Assembly (NCBI GenBank): GCA_018241895.1
Contig: JAFECX010000238.1
Span: forward strand, 2,996-66,995
Length of the DNA stretch: 64,000 bases
Source: Pseudomonadota bacterium
GTDB taxonomy: Bacteria; Pseudomonadota; Gammaproteobacteria; Burkholderiales; Burkholderiaceae_C
Reading direction: 5' to 3'
The notes beneath the pieces were generated by a model. The model did no database searches. It saw only the letters and a program-made list of their open reading frames with translations, and was not told the origin of the DNA. The position numbers were made by a program, and so were the translations under genes. Shown here piece by piece: positions 20,599-30,695 of this stretch (position 1 is the stretch's first letter; each line of letters starts with the position of its first letter).

Positions 20599-21650
20599 AC
20601 GCATCGAAACGCGGCAGCAGCCGCTACAGGCCGCGCGCGCGGCCCGTCGGCGGGTTTGCTCTGGTCATCGTGCTGTGGGTGCTCGCCGGGCTGACGGTGG
20701 TCGCGGTCTCGATCGCCGCCACCGTGCAGAGCAACAGCCAGAGCGTGAGGCTGCTGCGCGACCGGCTGCGCGCCGAACGCGCCTTCCTCTCTACGGGCAG
20801 CCGGCTGAAGGTGATCGGCGCGACATCGATCGCGCTCCCCTACTCCTACCTGAGCGCACGCGGGCAGGTGTTCCTGGACGGACGCGTATCGCGCGTAAAT
20901 GCCGACGAAACCGTGGTGCTGCAGGACGGCCGCGGGCTGATGAGCCTCGAGCGGCCGGAGGGCGCGGCGTGGCAGCGCTTCCTGGTGAGCTGCGGCGCCA
21001 CGGCGGACGAGGTCGAGCGGCTGCAGGATGCACTCGCCGACTACGAGGACGGCGACTCGTTGCGCCGCTTGCATGGCGCAGAGCGCGACGACTATCGCGA
21101 CACCGCGCTGCCGGCGCCGCGCAACGCACCTGTGCTCACGCGCGACGAGCTGTGGCGTGTGCTAGGCTGGCCGGGCCTGCGCCGCCGCTGGGATGCCGCC
21201 GGCTGCGGCGAGAACGTGGTGGCCGGCACGGCGCAGGGATTCAATGCGAACACAGCACCGCTGACCGTACTGCTTGCTCATGGCTGGGACGAGATGCAGG
21301 CGCGCGCATTGATCGACGCACGACGCGCCGGATTGCCGCTGCTGACGGGCGGGCTGCTCGACATCGGTGGCGGCCCCGCCCCGATGTTGCGCGACAGCAG
21401 CCTGCCAGGCGACCGCATCCGGGTCCGCCACCGGTTGGCATCGCTAGAATGGGCGCTTCAGTACGATCTGCAGTTCACTCCGAGCGATCCGGGCGGCCCT
21501 TGGCGCATGCACGACGTGCAGGTGGTGCGATCGGCGCCACAGCAGCCCGAACCCCCGGGAGCCTCGGATTTCCCTCCGCTCGACTACGTGGCCTCGCAAC
21601 AGGATAGGGTCCGGTTGAATGCTGTACCCACTTCACCTATTGGCCGCTGA
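20595..21650 (+). CDS. gspK: T2SS minor pseudopilin K
   Basis: GFALVIVLWVL (no Glu5, typical of K), LADYEDGD, GAERDDY, PRNAP, NANTAP. Confidence 0.9.
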   Translation: MNASKRGSSRYRPRARPVGGFALVIVLWVLAGLTVVAVSIAATVQSNSQSVRLLRDRLRAERAFLSTGSRLKVIGATSIALPYSYLSARGQVFLDGRVSRVNADETVVLQDGRGLMSLERPEGAAWQRFLVSCGATADEVERLQDALADYEDGDSLRRLHGAERDDYRDTALPAPRNAPVLTRDELWRVLGWPGLRRRWDAAGCGENVVAGTAQGFNANTAPLTVLLAHGWDEMQARALIDARRAGLPLLTGGLLDIGGGPAPMLRDSSLPGDRIRVRHRLASLEWALQYDLQFTPSDPGGPWRMHDVQVVRSAPQQPEPPGASDFPPLDYVASQQDRVRLNAVPTSPIGR

Positions 21651-22677
21651 CGGGAAGGACGGCTGGCAGGTCGTCGACACCGGGCACAGAAGCTGGCGAC
21701 GCACGTTGCTCGTGCCGCGGCAATTGTGCTTGTTCGAATCGATACCGTGCGGCAGCGTGCACTGGCATGAGTTGACGGGCTTTGCGCAGCTCCAGGCGCG
21801 CAGGCTTTCCCCGTTCGAGCGCACCGGAGCGTCGGCATTGCGTCGCGCGGGCCGCCTGCATCTGTGGCTGTGGGACGCGGCGGAGGTCGACGCGATGCTT
21901 GCCGCCCAGACGAAGGATGCCACCTCCGTGCAGCGTGCCGAGGCGCTGTATCTGCCTTGGCCCGTCGCCGGCAGCAAGCTGCGGCGCACCACGCAGATCG
22001 AAGAGGAAGTGCATGTGGACGAAGCGGGCGCATTGCTCGACAGCGAACCGACGGGTCACGCGCCTGGTCTGGATCTGTCGGTGCTGCTGCCGCGCGCGGC
22101 CGGACATGACTGGCTGGGCGGCTCCCTGGATGCCGCTGCGGTGCGCCCGGCCTGGGCGGGCACGGCGGCCCTGCTGAACACGGTCGGCATGACCGCGGCC
22201 ATGGCCATGCTGGTCTACCTGGGTTATGAAGGCGGTCGGCTGTGGGGCACGCTGAACACGGCCGAGTTGCTGGAGGAGCGCGTTGCACGGCAGGCAGCCA
22301 CGCGTGGCGAGTCCGCCCGGATCGAACGGGCGGCCTTGGCCGACGCGCAGTGGATCGATGCGTATCGGCGGGCCACGGCGCAACTCGACGTCGCCGCCGC
22401 GCTCGATGCCTTGCGCGCGCCGATGGAGGCGTACGGCGTCGCGATCCGGGAACTGGATGCCGCGGGCACCGAGTTGCGGCTGACGCTGGTGAGTGCAGGC
22501 GGCGAGATCCGCATTGCCGAGTTGCTACAGGCCTTGCGGACCGTCGCCGGCGTGCGCGGCGCGAGCCTGCATCAGCACAAGGAACTGGAGTGGGCGGTCT
22601 ACATCGTCGATATGCCCGGTTTCGCTTCTGGTGCGCGCCTGCGACAGGGATCGGAGACCCAGCGTGCCGCGCATTGA
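21619..22677 (+). CDS. gspL: T2SS protein L-like
   Basis: Large cytoplasmic N-domain, single TM, periplasmic domain; position after gspK; sequence divergent. Confidence 0.6.
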   Translation: MLYPLHLLAADGKDGWQVVDTGHRSWRRTLLVPRQLCLFESIPCGSVHWHELTGFAQLQARRLSPFERTGASALRRAGRLHLWLWDAAEVDAMLAAQTKDATSVQRAEALYLPWPVAGSKLRRTTQIEEEVHVDEAGALLDSEPTGHAPGLDLSVLLPRAAGHDWLGGSLDAAAVRPAWAGTAALLNTVGMTAAMAMLVYLGYEGGRLWGTLNTAELLEERVARQAATRGESARIERAALADAQWIDAYRRATAQLDVAAALDALRAPMEAYGVAIRELDAAGTELRLTLVSAGGEIRIAELLQALRTVAGVRGASLHQHKELEWAVYIVDMPGFASGARLRQGSETQRAAH

Positions 22678-23257
22678 CGCAGCGCGCAGCAGCGGCACTC
22701 TGCCGGGCTTACTGGCGATCGCCGTGGCCGTACTGCTGTGGTGGCAGGCGGACCAGTTACATTCGCGACGTATCCTCGCTGGGGAGCGTGTCGCAGCCGC
22801 AAGGCAATTACTGCGTGCCGAGCGCACGACGGCCGATCCGGCCAGTCTTCGAACACGTCGCCTACAGTTGCAGACCGAGCGCCGGGCGCTCGAGCAGCGG
22901 CTGGTCGAGCACGCCGACATGGGGTTGCTACGCGCGCAGCTCTACTACGATCTGCGCGAGCGCTGCTACGCTGTGAAGCTGAATTGCCTGATCCGGCTGG
23001 CCGAGCTCGAGGCGGCGGACAGGCCCAGGGGCGCCGCATCAGACACCGCCAGCGACGATTCGATGGCCAGGCTGGGAGTGCGCCGACTGCGGGCGACGAT
23101 CTCCGGCCTGCTGGGCGAACAGGAACTTCAGGATGTGTTGGCTGCCTTTTCGGCGGACGAGCAGCGGGTGTGGCGCTTTAACCGCGTGCAACTCAAGACG
23201 CGGGCGTTCGAAATCGATATCGAACGGCTGGTTCAGCCTGCTAGTGGGCGGCAATGA
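22664..23257 (+). CDS. gspM: T2SS protein M-like
   Basis: N-terminal TM, coiled coil, small C-domain; position after gspL; GTG start inferred. Confidence 0.55.
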   Translation: MPRIDAARSSGTLPGLLAIAVAVLLWWQADQLHSRRILAGERVAAARQLLRAERTTADPASLRTRRLQLQTERRALEQRLVEHADMGLLRAQLYYDLRERCYAVKLNCLIRLAELEAADRPRGAASDTASDDSMARLGVRRLRATISGLLGEQELQDVLAAFSADEQRVWRFNRVQLKTRAFEIDIERLVQPASGRQ

Positions 23258-23805
23258 CCGCTGGCGTGCGACAGCCAAACGTGCCATCCGATCCCGTGCG
23301 TCCACGCGGTCTGCGGCACGGCTTGCAACTCGGGTTGCTGGGCGTGGCGCTGGGGTCCGCCAGTATCGCCACGGGTTATTTTCTGGCCACGCGCGAAGGC
23401 GAGACCCAGCCCGCTGCGACTTCAGCCGCCGCAGCGGCCAGCAGCCCGACTGCCCTCGTTGCCGAACGGTCCTCCGCGGGCCACGACGAGGTTCCGGCGG
23501 CGACGGCGCACGAACGCAACGAACGGGACACTCTGCGCTGGCCCCTGTGGGCATACCAGTTGATGGACCCGCTGCCGGTCAGGGAGCCGCCGTTGACGCC
23601 GGTGCCGTGGCGTCTGCTGGGGGCTGCATTCTTCGACGGCAAGTGGCACGCTATCGTGCAGCGCCAGGGCGTGGCGCAGCCGGACTACTACAAGACCGGC
23701 GATAAGCTGCCGGGCGGTTATCTCATCCAGGAAATCACGCAGGAAGACCTGACGTTGCGCGCAGGCCACCGCGAGATCGTGCTCTCCTACATCGGCTCGA
23801 GGTGA
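23254..23805 (+). CDS. GspC/XpsN/PilP-like T2SS protein
   Basis: N-terminal TM, Ala-rich linker, C-terminal YKTGDKLPGGYLIQEITQEDLTL resembling the GspC-HR/PilP domain; directly before the secretin. Confidence 0.6.
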   Translation: MTAGVRQPNVPSDPVRPRGLRHGLQLGLLGVALGSASIATGYFLATREGETQPAATSAAAAASSPTALVAERSSAGHDEVPAATAHERNERDTLRWPLWAYQLMDPLPVREPPLTPVPWRLLGAAFFDGKWHAIVQRQGVAQPDYYKTGDKLPGGYLIQEITQEDLTLRAGHREIVLSYIGSR

Positions 23806-26270
23806 AGTCGTTGCGCCTTTCTTCCCCTGTCGCATTGGCCGCGCTGGCGCTGCTGAGCGCCTGCCAGACACCCCTGAAACCGCTGCCCGGACCGCTGCAG
23901 TACGAGCACTCGCCAGCCGTCGAGGGCAACATCCTGACCGGCGAACCGGCCCCCACCGGCACGCAGATTTCGACGGTGCCGCAGCCGCCCCGCGCAGCGC
24001 CTGCGGCAAGCGCCGCGCCCCATCCGGTTGCGGCAGCGTCTGCGCCTGCGAGCATCGAACCCGTGTCGATCGCGATCGAGCAGACGCCGCTGCCGACCTT
24101 CATCCAGATCCTGTACGGCAGCGTGCTGAAGGTGCCCTATACCATCGACCCGGCGGTGATGTCACGGACTGACCCGGTCACGTTCAAGAGCTCGCAACCG
24201 CTACCGCGCGGGCGCATCCAACAACTGGCGCGCAGCCTGCTGCAGAGCTACGGATTGACGGTGGCGGATTTCGATGGGCTGGTGCGCATCGCACCCGTGG
24301 GCAGCCAGCAGGCGCCATCGTCGATTCCCGTGCTGCGTTCGGCCGAATCACCGATGCCGCCCGGTGACCAGCAGCCGGTGTTCCAGTACGTCGAGCTGCA
24401 GGCGGTCAAGGTCTCGGACATGACGCAATGGCTCAAGACGATGGTGGGCTCGCGCGTCACCCTGCAGGAGGATGCGGCACGCAACTCCTTCCTGCTGTCC
24501 GGCAACGCGCGCGACGTGCGCGCCGCACTGGATCTGATCGACGCGATGGACCAGCCGCGCCTGCGCGGGCGCTCGGCGCGCCGCTTCTCGCCCGTCAACA
24601 TCGGTGCGCAAGACCTGGCGATGAGGCTCAGCGAGGTGCTCGGGGGGCAAGGCTACGCGGTCTCCGTGAACTCGTCGAACACAGCCGCCATCTTCATCTT
24701 GCCGGTGCCGTCGATCAACAGCATCATTGTCTTCACGCACAACGACCAGGTGATGGCGCATGTGCAACGCTGGGTGCTGGAACTGGATCGGCCAAGCCGC
24801 AACGCGGCCTCGAACAGCCCTCTGTTCACGTACCCGGTCAAGTTCGCCGACGCGCAGGAACTCGCGCGAACGCTCGGCGAATTGCTCGGCGGAGTGGTCT
24901 CCGCGCCGGCCAGCACTGCGGGCGGCACCGGCCAGACCGGTGCGCCCCGCGTGAGCGGTGGGCGCGTCGTCGTGAACAACGCCACGAATACCCTCATCAT
25001 CCGCGGCACCGGTCCCGACGAGCAGTTGCAGATCCGGCAGTTGCTGCGAGAGCTCGATCGGCCCACCAAGTCCGCGATGATCGAGGTCGTGGTGGCCGAA
25101 CTGTCCATGGGGGAGCTCGAGCGCCTGGGGGTGCAGTGGTCGTACCTCGATCCCTTCAATCAGCCCGACAGCCGCTCGGCGCAGATCGGAGGCGGCGGTT
25201 TGTCGATCTCGTACGCGAGCAATGCGCGGCAACTGCTCGCGGCGATCAACGCGCTGGCCTCCGAGAACAAGGGACGCGTACTGTCGAACCCGAAGGTCAT
25301 GGCACGTAACGGCGAGACCGCCACGATCACCGTCGGCCGCGAAGTGCCGGTGCTGACGGGCCAACAGAGCACACTCACGGGCTCGTCTCCGATCAATGGC
25401 GGCGGCACGGGCATCGCCACCGGTGTGATCCAGACGATCCAATACCGTAACACGGGGGTGAATCTGCGGGTGAGACCGGTGATCAACTCCGGCAATCGGC
25501 TCGACCTGGAGGTGAGCCAGGAGGTCAGCAGCGTCGCGGCGGGCGAAACCGGCATCGGGTCGAACCCGATCATCTCGAACCGCAAGATCGAGACCAAGCT
25601 GTCGCTGCGTGACGGATCGACCGTCCTGCTCGGAGGGCTGATCTCGCGCGATACGTCCACCACCAATGCGGGCGTGCCGCTGCTCAAGGACATCCCGGGA
25701 CTGGGAGCGTTGTTCAGGAACCGCCAGGATTCGATCAATCAGACCGAACTGCTGGTCATGATCACGCCGTACGTGATCAATGATGATTTCGAGTCCGAGG
25801 AAATCACCGCCGCGCTGCACAAGACCTTCGGCGATTGGGCCGCCGACATCCCGGTGGCCCGCAAGGTGCCGACGCCGGAGGGCGCGGCCAACGAAGTGAG
25901 GGACGAACCGCTGAAGCATTCCACGTCGGCGACGCCGGATCGAGATGCGGCGTTGCCGCAGACGAAGCCGAGCGAGCCAACCTCCCTCCAGGTGCCAGGC
26001 GCCGTGCGCAAGGACAAGTCGCTGCCCGACGAGACCGGCGTCGAGATGAGCAAGCCGGTTGCGGCTCCGGGCGTTGCTGGATCGCAAGCCACGGTACCTC
26101 CGCGCGTCACGGCAACGCCTGCCGCCGCCCCAGCGAGTGCGCCCGAGGAGTTGTCGCCGCAACCCGCGCCAAGTGGCCAGAGCATCGACACACCTGTCGG
26201 GCCAGGCCGACCGGTAACCGATCCAAAGGTTCTGGAAGAGCTCAGGCGACTGATGAAGGAAGGCAGGTAG
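23802..26270 (+). CDS. gspD: T2SS secretin D, lipoprotein type, with long Pro/Ala-rich C-terminal tail
   Basis: Lipobox LSAC; IEVVVAE, LSNPKVMARNGETATITVG, YRNTGVNLRVRP, GVPLLKDIPGLGALF, TELLVMITPYVI. Confidence 0.95.
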   Translation: MKSLRLSSPVALAALALLSACQTPLKPLPGPLQYEHSPAVEGNILTGEPAPTGTQISTVPQPPRAAPAASAAPHPVAAASAPASIEPVSIAIEQTPLPTFIQILYGSVLKVPYTIDPAVMSRTDPVTFKSSQPLPRGRIQQLARSLLQSYGLTVADFDGLVRIAPVGSQQAPSSIPVLRSAESPMPPGDQQPVFQYVELQAVKVSDMTQWLKTMVGSRVTLQEDAARNSFLLSGNARDVRAALDLIDAMDQPRLRGRSARRFSPVNIGAQDLAMRLSEVLGGQGYAVSVNSSNTAAIFILPVPSINSIIVFTHNDQVMAHVQRWVLELDRPSRNAASNSPLFTYPVKFADAQELARTLGELLGGVVSAPASTAGGTGQTGAPRVSGGRVVVNNATNTLIIRGTGPDEQLQIRQLLRELDRPTKSAMIEVVVAELSMGELERLGVQWSYLDPFNQPDSRSAQIGGGGLSISYASNARQLLAAINALASENKGRVLSNPKVMARNGETATITVGREVPVLTGQQSTLTGSSPINGGGTGIATGVIQTIQYRNTGVNLRVRPVINSGNRLDLEVSQEVSSVAAGETGIGSNPIISNRKIETKLSLRDGSTVLLGGLISRDTSTTNAGVPLLKDIPGLGALFRNRQDSINQTELLVMITPYVINDDFESEEITAALHKTFGDWAADIPVARKVPTPEGAANEVRDEPLKHSTSATPDRDAALPQTKPSEPTSLQVPGAVRKDKSLPDETGVEMSKPVAAPGVAGSQATVPPRVTATPAAAPASAPEELSPQPAPSGQSIDTPVGPGRPVTDPKVLEELRRLMKEGR

Positions 26271-26508
26271 GACCTACCCGCCGTCGTGCAAGGGGTGCCG
26301 GAGTCAAGGCAGATACTGCGCCTGAATGTTGCTCGTCCTTCACGTCACTTCAGGTCTTGCGACGGCGCAGTGCCGAGGTCGGGAGAGGGCTATGTCAGGA
26401 TGCGCAGCAGCTGAACCCGCGATTGCAGGGGCCGTCGTGCTTGCAGGTTCACCTTGATCTGTCAGACAGAACTCACCCTCTCGCGTCGCCTCCAGCAATG
26501 ACTTCAGC

Positions 26509-27837
26509 ATGAAAGTCACCGTCATCGGCACCGGCTACGTCGGCCTGGTCACCGGCACCTGCCTGGCCGAAATGGGCAACCACGTCGTGTGCCTGGACGT
26601 GGACAGGAAGAAGATCGAGCTGCTCGAGGCCGGCGGCATCCCGATCCACGAGCCGGGGCTCGAGCCGCTGGTGCGGCGCAACGCGGCGGCCGGGCGGCTC
26701 GCGTTCACCACCGACGTGGCCGCGGCGGTGGCGCACGGCACGCTGCAGTTCATCGGCGTGGGCACGCCGCCGGGCGAAGACGGCTCGGCCGATTTGCAGT
26801 ACGTGCTGGCCGCCGCCGGCAGCATCGGCCGCCACATGACCGACTACAAGGTCGTGGTCGACAAGAGCACGGTGCCGGTGGGCACGGCCGACAAGGTGCG
26901 CACCACCATCGCCGAGGCGCTGGCCGCGCGCGGCATGCCGGAGCTGCCGTTCGCGGTGGTTGCCAACCCCGAGTTCCTGAAGGAAGGCGCCGCGGTCGAG
27001 GACTGCATGAAGCCCGACCGCATCATCGTCGGCGCCGACGACGAGCGCGCCATCTTGCTGATGCGTGCGCTGTACGCGCCCTTCATGCGCAACAACGAGC
27101 GGCTGCAGCTGATGGATACGCGCAGCGCCGAGCTCACCAAGTACGCGGCCAACGCGATGCTGGCCACGCGCATCAGCTTCATGAACGAGCTGGCGCGGCT
27201 GGCCGAGCGCGTGGGCGCCGACATCGAGCTCGTGCGCCGCGGCATCGGCAGCGACCCGCGCATCGGCACGCACTTCCTCTACCCCGGCACCGGCTACGGT
27301 GGCAGCTGCTTTCCGAAGGACGTGCAGGCGCTGATCCGCACCGGCAGCGAGAACGGCATCGCGCTCGAGGTGCTGCAGGCGGTGCAAGCGGCCAACGAGC
27401 GCCAGAAGCACGTGCTGGTGGACAAGATCGTGGCGCGCTTCGGCGAAGACCTCACGGGCCGCACCTTCGCGCTGTGGGGCCTGGCCTTCAAGCCCAACAC
27501 CGACGACATGCGCGAGGCACCCAGCCGCGTCATCGTGGCCGAGCTGGCGCGCCGCGGCGCCGCCCTGCGCGCCTACGACCCGGTGGCGATGCCCGAGGCC
27601 AAGAAGGTGCTGCAAGGCACGCCGCGGCTCACCTTCGTGGCCGAGGCGCAGCAGGCGCTCGAGGGCGCCGACGCCCTGGTGCTGGTGACCGAGTGGCGCG
27701 AGTTCCGCAACCCCGACTTCGAGGCGATGAAGGCGGCACTGAAGCAGCCGCTCGTCTTCGACGGGCGCAACCAGTACGAGCCGGCGCTGCTGCAGTCGCT
27801 CGGCTTCGAGTACCGGTGCATCGGGCGGCCGGGCTGA
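26509..27837 (+). CDS. ugd: UDP-glucose 6-dehydrogenase
   Basis: [50 protein letters not shown]. Confidence 0.95.
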   Translation: MKVTVIGTGYVGLVTGTCLAEMGNHVVCLDVDRKKIELLEAGGIPIHEPGLEPLVRRNAAAGRLAFTTDVAAAVAHGTLQFIGVGTPPGEDGSADLQYVLAAAGSIGRHMTDYKVVVDKSTVPVGTADKVRTTIAEALAARGMPELPFAVVANPEFLKEGAAVEDCMKPDRIIVGADDERAILLMRALYAPFMRNNERLQLMDTRSAELTKYAANAMLATRISFMNELARLAERVGADIELVRRGIGSDPRIGTHFLYPGTGYGGSCFPKDVQALIRTGSENGIALEVLQAVQAANERQKHVLVDKIVARFGEDLTGRTFALWGLAFKPNTDDMREAPSRVIVAELARRGAALRAYDPVAMPEAKKVLQGTPRLTFVAEAQQALEGADALVLVTEWREFRNPDFEAMKAALKQPLVFDGRNQYEPALLQSLGFEYRCIGRPG

Positions 27838-27884
27838 GGGCGCGGCCCGGATGCCGATGCGGCAAGCGCAGCCATCGTCCCCGC

Positions 27885-28304
27885 CTATGTCGCCCACGGG
27901 TTGATGACGTCGAGGCCGGCCGCCCGAAACGGCGCCACGTCGCGCGTGGCGACCATCAAGGTGTGAGCCGCCGCCGTGGCAGCGATGTAGCCGTCGGCCT
28001 TGCCGATGGCCGTGCCCTTGGCCTTCGCCCGCGCCATCAGGGCGGCGTAGGCCTGTGCGGCATCCAGATCGAAGGACAGCACGCGCCCCTTGAAGGCCGG
28101 CAACACGTCGCGCTCCATGCGATCCTGATAGATCGAGCGCCGCCTGCCCTCAGGCAGGCTCGCCACGCCGAAACACAGCTCGGCGACCGTGATGGCCGAC
28201 AGGTATAGGGTTTCGACCACCTGTGCGTCCATCCACGCCAGCACCGAGGGATCGGGCTCGACCTTCCAGAGCTCGGAAATAACGTTGGTGTCGATGAGGA
28301 TCAT
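27885..28304 (-). CDS. vapC: VapC/FitB-like PIN-domain toxin
   Basis: ILIDTNVISE, LSAITVAEL, DGYIAATA, VATRD..PF. Confidence 0.9.
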   Translation of the reverse strand: MILIDTNVISELWKVEPDPSVLAWMDAQVVETLYLSAITVAELCFGVASLPEGRRRSIYQDRMERDVLPAFKGRVLSFDLDAAQAYAALMARAKAKGTAIGKADGYIAATAAAHTLMVATRDVAPFRAAGLDVINPWAT

Positions 28305-28558
28305 TCGAACCTCAGCGGCTCGGCCGGCGTCTGGTCGCGAAGCCGTTCGAAATGCTCGGCTTCGGCATCGCTCAAGCCGCCGGCTTCGCGGGCGATGGAG
28401 ACCAGCAGCGAGCCAAGCTTCAGGCGGCCTTGCGGCTTGGCCGCCTTCTCCAGGATGTCGCGGATCTCGGCCTCGGTGCTGCGCCCGTGTTGGGCTGCAC
28501 GGACGCGCAACGCCCGGTGCACATCGTCGGGAAGGTTCCGAACAGTCAGGACGGCCAT
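28301..28558 (-). CDS. FitA/StbC-like RHH antitoxin
   Basis: MAVLTVRNLPDDVHRALRVRAAQHGRSTEAEIRDIL; ATGA overlap with the PIN gene. Confidence 0.9.
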   Translation of the reverse strand: MAVLTVRNLPDDVHRALRVRAAQHGRSTEAEIRDILEKAAKPQGRLKLGSLLVSIAREAGGLSDAEAEHFERLRDQTPAEPLRFE

Positions 28559-28597
28559 ATCATCATTGCTATAAAGCGCATGCGATGCAGTCATTTT

Positions 28598-28625
28598 ATC
28601 ATAGTGACATCATCGCGCACTTCAA
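28598..28625 (-). promoter_or_regulatory. Putative sigma70 promoter of the FitAB-like module
   Basis: TTGAAG-N16-TATGAT in an AT-rich patch about 40 nt upstream of ATG 28558. Confidence 0.45.
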
Positions 28626-28632
28626 TTTTTAA

Positions 28633-28830
28633 TTGAGCTCGGCCGGGCATCGCTACCCCGGGCGGCTGCGCAGGCTGCGCGTGCCCGATTCGTTCTTCGG
28701 GCCGCTGCCGGCCGACGAACCCGACGCCTGGGGCGGCCGCTGATGCGGCGGCTGCTTGCCGCCCGGGCGCCGCCCGAGGGCCCGACGCTCGTGAGCCGCG
28801 ACCCGGTGTTCGCGAAAGACTTCGCACAGC
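28633..28830 (+). pseudogene. Degenerate antitoxin/PIN-toxin remnant
   Basis: PGRLRRLRVPDSFFGPLPADEPDAWGGR* overlaps (TGATG) MRRLLAARAPPEGPTLVSRDPVF, which resembles a PIN C-terminus (RLLxAQA..EG.TLVSRD..F); right boundary approximate. Confidence 0.5.
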
Positions 28831-29013
28831 GGGTGGCTTTGATGAGCCCGGCGGCCGTGCCGAGGCAGGCACCATCGGCAACGACTCCAGTGCATGATCC
28901 ATTGCGGATGACGCTGCCGCTCACCGGGACACCCGCGCCTGCTCCGACATCCGCACGACGTTGCATGATCCATCCGGGTTGACGCCGCCGCGCCGCCTGG
29001 CCACCCTCTGCGC

Positions 29014-30165
29014 ATGACCGCTGCACCCTCCCCCACGCCGCACCGCCCGCTCGTCGACATCATCGCCGGCGCGCGCCCAAACTTCATGAAGATCGCGCCG
29101 ATCATCCGCGCGATCGAGGCGCGGCAGCGCGACCCGGCGGCCGGCGGCACGCTCGCCTATCGCCTCGTGCACACCGGCCAGCACTACGACGCGCGCATGT
29201 CGGGCGACTTCTTCACGCAGCTGGGCATCCCGGCGCCCGACGTCAACCTCGAGGTCGGCTCGGGCACGCAGGCCGAGCAGACGGCGGCCATCATGACGCG
29301 CTACGAGCGGCTGCTGCTCGATGCACCGAGCGCGCTGTGCCTGGTGGTGGGCGACGTGACCTCGACCATGGCCTGCGCCATCGCGGCGCAGAAGCTGCAC
29401 GTGCCGGTGGCGCACGTCGAAGGCGGCATCCGCTCGGGCGACTGGACGATGCCCGAGGAGATCAACCGTCTCGTCACCGACGCCATCACCAACTGGTTCT
29501 TCACCACCAGCGAGGTCGCCAACGCCAACCTGCGCCGCGCCGGCGTGCGCGCCGAGCAGATCTTCTTCGTCGGCAACACGATGATCGACACGCTGCTGGC
29601 CCACCTCGACCGGCTGCGCGCGCCGCCCTTCTGGGCCGAGGCCGGCCTCGAGCCGGGCGGCTACTTCGTGATGACGCTGCACCGGCCGGGCAACGTCGAC
29701 GATGCGGCGGGCTTCCAGCGCCTCATCGACGCCGTGGGCGAGGCCACGCGCGGGCTGCCGGTGGTCTTCCCCGTGCACCCGCGCACGGCCAAGACGCTCG
29801 CGGCCCTGCCGGCGCGCCCGGCCGGCCTGCGGGTGGTGGAGCCGCAGCCCTATCTGGAATTCAACTACCTCGTGCGCCACGCCAAGGGCGTGATCACCGA
29901 CAGCGGCGGCATCACCGAGGAGACGACCGTCATGGGCGTGCCCTGCGTGACGCTGCGCGACAGCACCGAGCGGCCCGAGACCGTGACCATCGGCACCAAC
30001 GAGCTGATCGGCACCGACCCGGCGGCGTTGCGGCCGGCGCTCGACAGGTTGTTTGCAGGGCAGTGGAAGAAGGGGGCGATACCCGAGCTGTGGGACGGGC
30101 GCACGGGGGGGCGGATTGCCGAGGTGCTGGAACGATTACTCGCGCGCCGAGCGTCTGGCTGTTGA
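29014..30165 (+). CDS. wecB: UDP-N-acetylglucosamine 2-epimerase (non-hydrolysing)
   Basis: GARPNFMK, HTGQHYD, VVGDVTST, HVEGGIRS, MPEEINR, TLHRP, TDSGGITEE, TERPET. Confidence 0.9.
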   Translation: MTAAPSPTPHRPLVDIIAGARPNFMKIAPIIRAIEARQRDPAAGGTLAYRLVHTGQHYDARMSGDFFTQLGIPAPDVNLEVGSGTQAEQTAAIMTRYERLLLDAPSALCLVVGDVTSTMACAIAAQKLHVPVAHVEGGIRSGDWTMPEEINRLVTDAITNWFFTTSEVANANLRRAGVRAEQIFFVGNTMIDTLLAHLDRLRAPPFWAEAGLEPGGYFVMTLHRPGNVDDAAGFQRLIDAVGEATRGLPVVFPVHPRTAKTLAALPARPAGLRVVEPQPYLEFNYLVRHAKGVITDSGGITEETTVMGVPCVTLRDSTERPETVTIGTNELIGTDPAALRPALDRLFAGQWKKGAIPELWDGRTGGRIAEVLERLLARRASGC

Positions 30166-30269
30166 CGCATCGACTGCAAACCTCGCGGTAGCGCGGTTCG
30201 CCCAGCGTACTGCACGCAGACCGCCTCGGATCGGCTGTGTTCAGCCGCAGCGAAGCCTTTTGGAGCTGC

Positions 30270-30695
30270 CTACGCAGCAGAGGGGTCGCGCACCGCCTTC
30301 GGGCGTCCGCCGAGCCGGCCGTTGGCGCGCGCAGCGGCCGCCTTCGCTTCGCTCGAGCGCCGGCCACCGGCCTTGCCCATGGCTGCCGCCATCCAGGCGC
30401 GCGAGCCGAGCAAGCCCTCGAGCAGCGCCGGCAGGTACAGGTCGACATCGAGCGCCGGGATGTGCAGGCCCAGGCCCGAGGGCGAGATCTCGATCGTGGC
30501 CAGTTCCTGCGGCCGGGCATGTTCCAGGCCCTGCGCGTCGTGCGGACGAAACGAGACGCCCAAGCCGCTGCTCAGCTCGATCACGATGCGGCCGATGCGT
30601 CGGTCGTAGCGCGCCGATACGGCCTTGGGCGTGTGGGCCAGGCGTTGCGCCGCCCTGGCGGTGGCGGCGTCGAACTCGTCTTCAGGCGTTGCCAT
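30270..30695 (-). CDS. DUF2442-family protein (putative antitoxin)
   Basis: IEISPSGLGLHIPALDVDLYLPALL; C-terminal SEAKAAAARANGRLGGRP. Confidence 0.8.
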   Translation of the reverse strand: MATPEDEFDAATARAAQRLAHTPKAVSARYDRRIGRIVIELSSGLGVSFRPHDAQGLEHARPQELATIEISPSGLGLHIPALDVDLYLPALLEGLLGSRAWMAAAMGKAGGRRSSEAKAAAARANGRLGGRPKAVRDPSAA

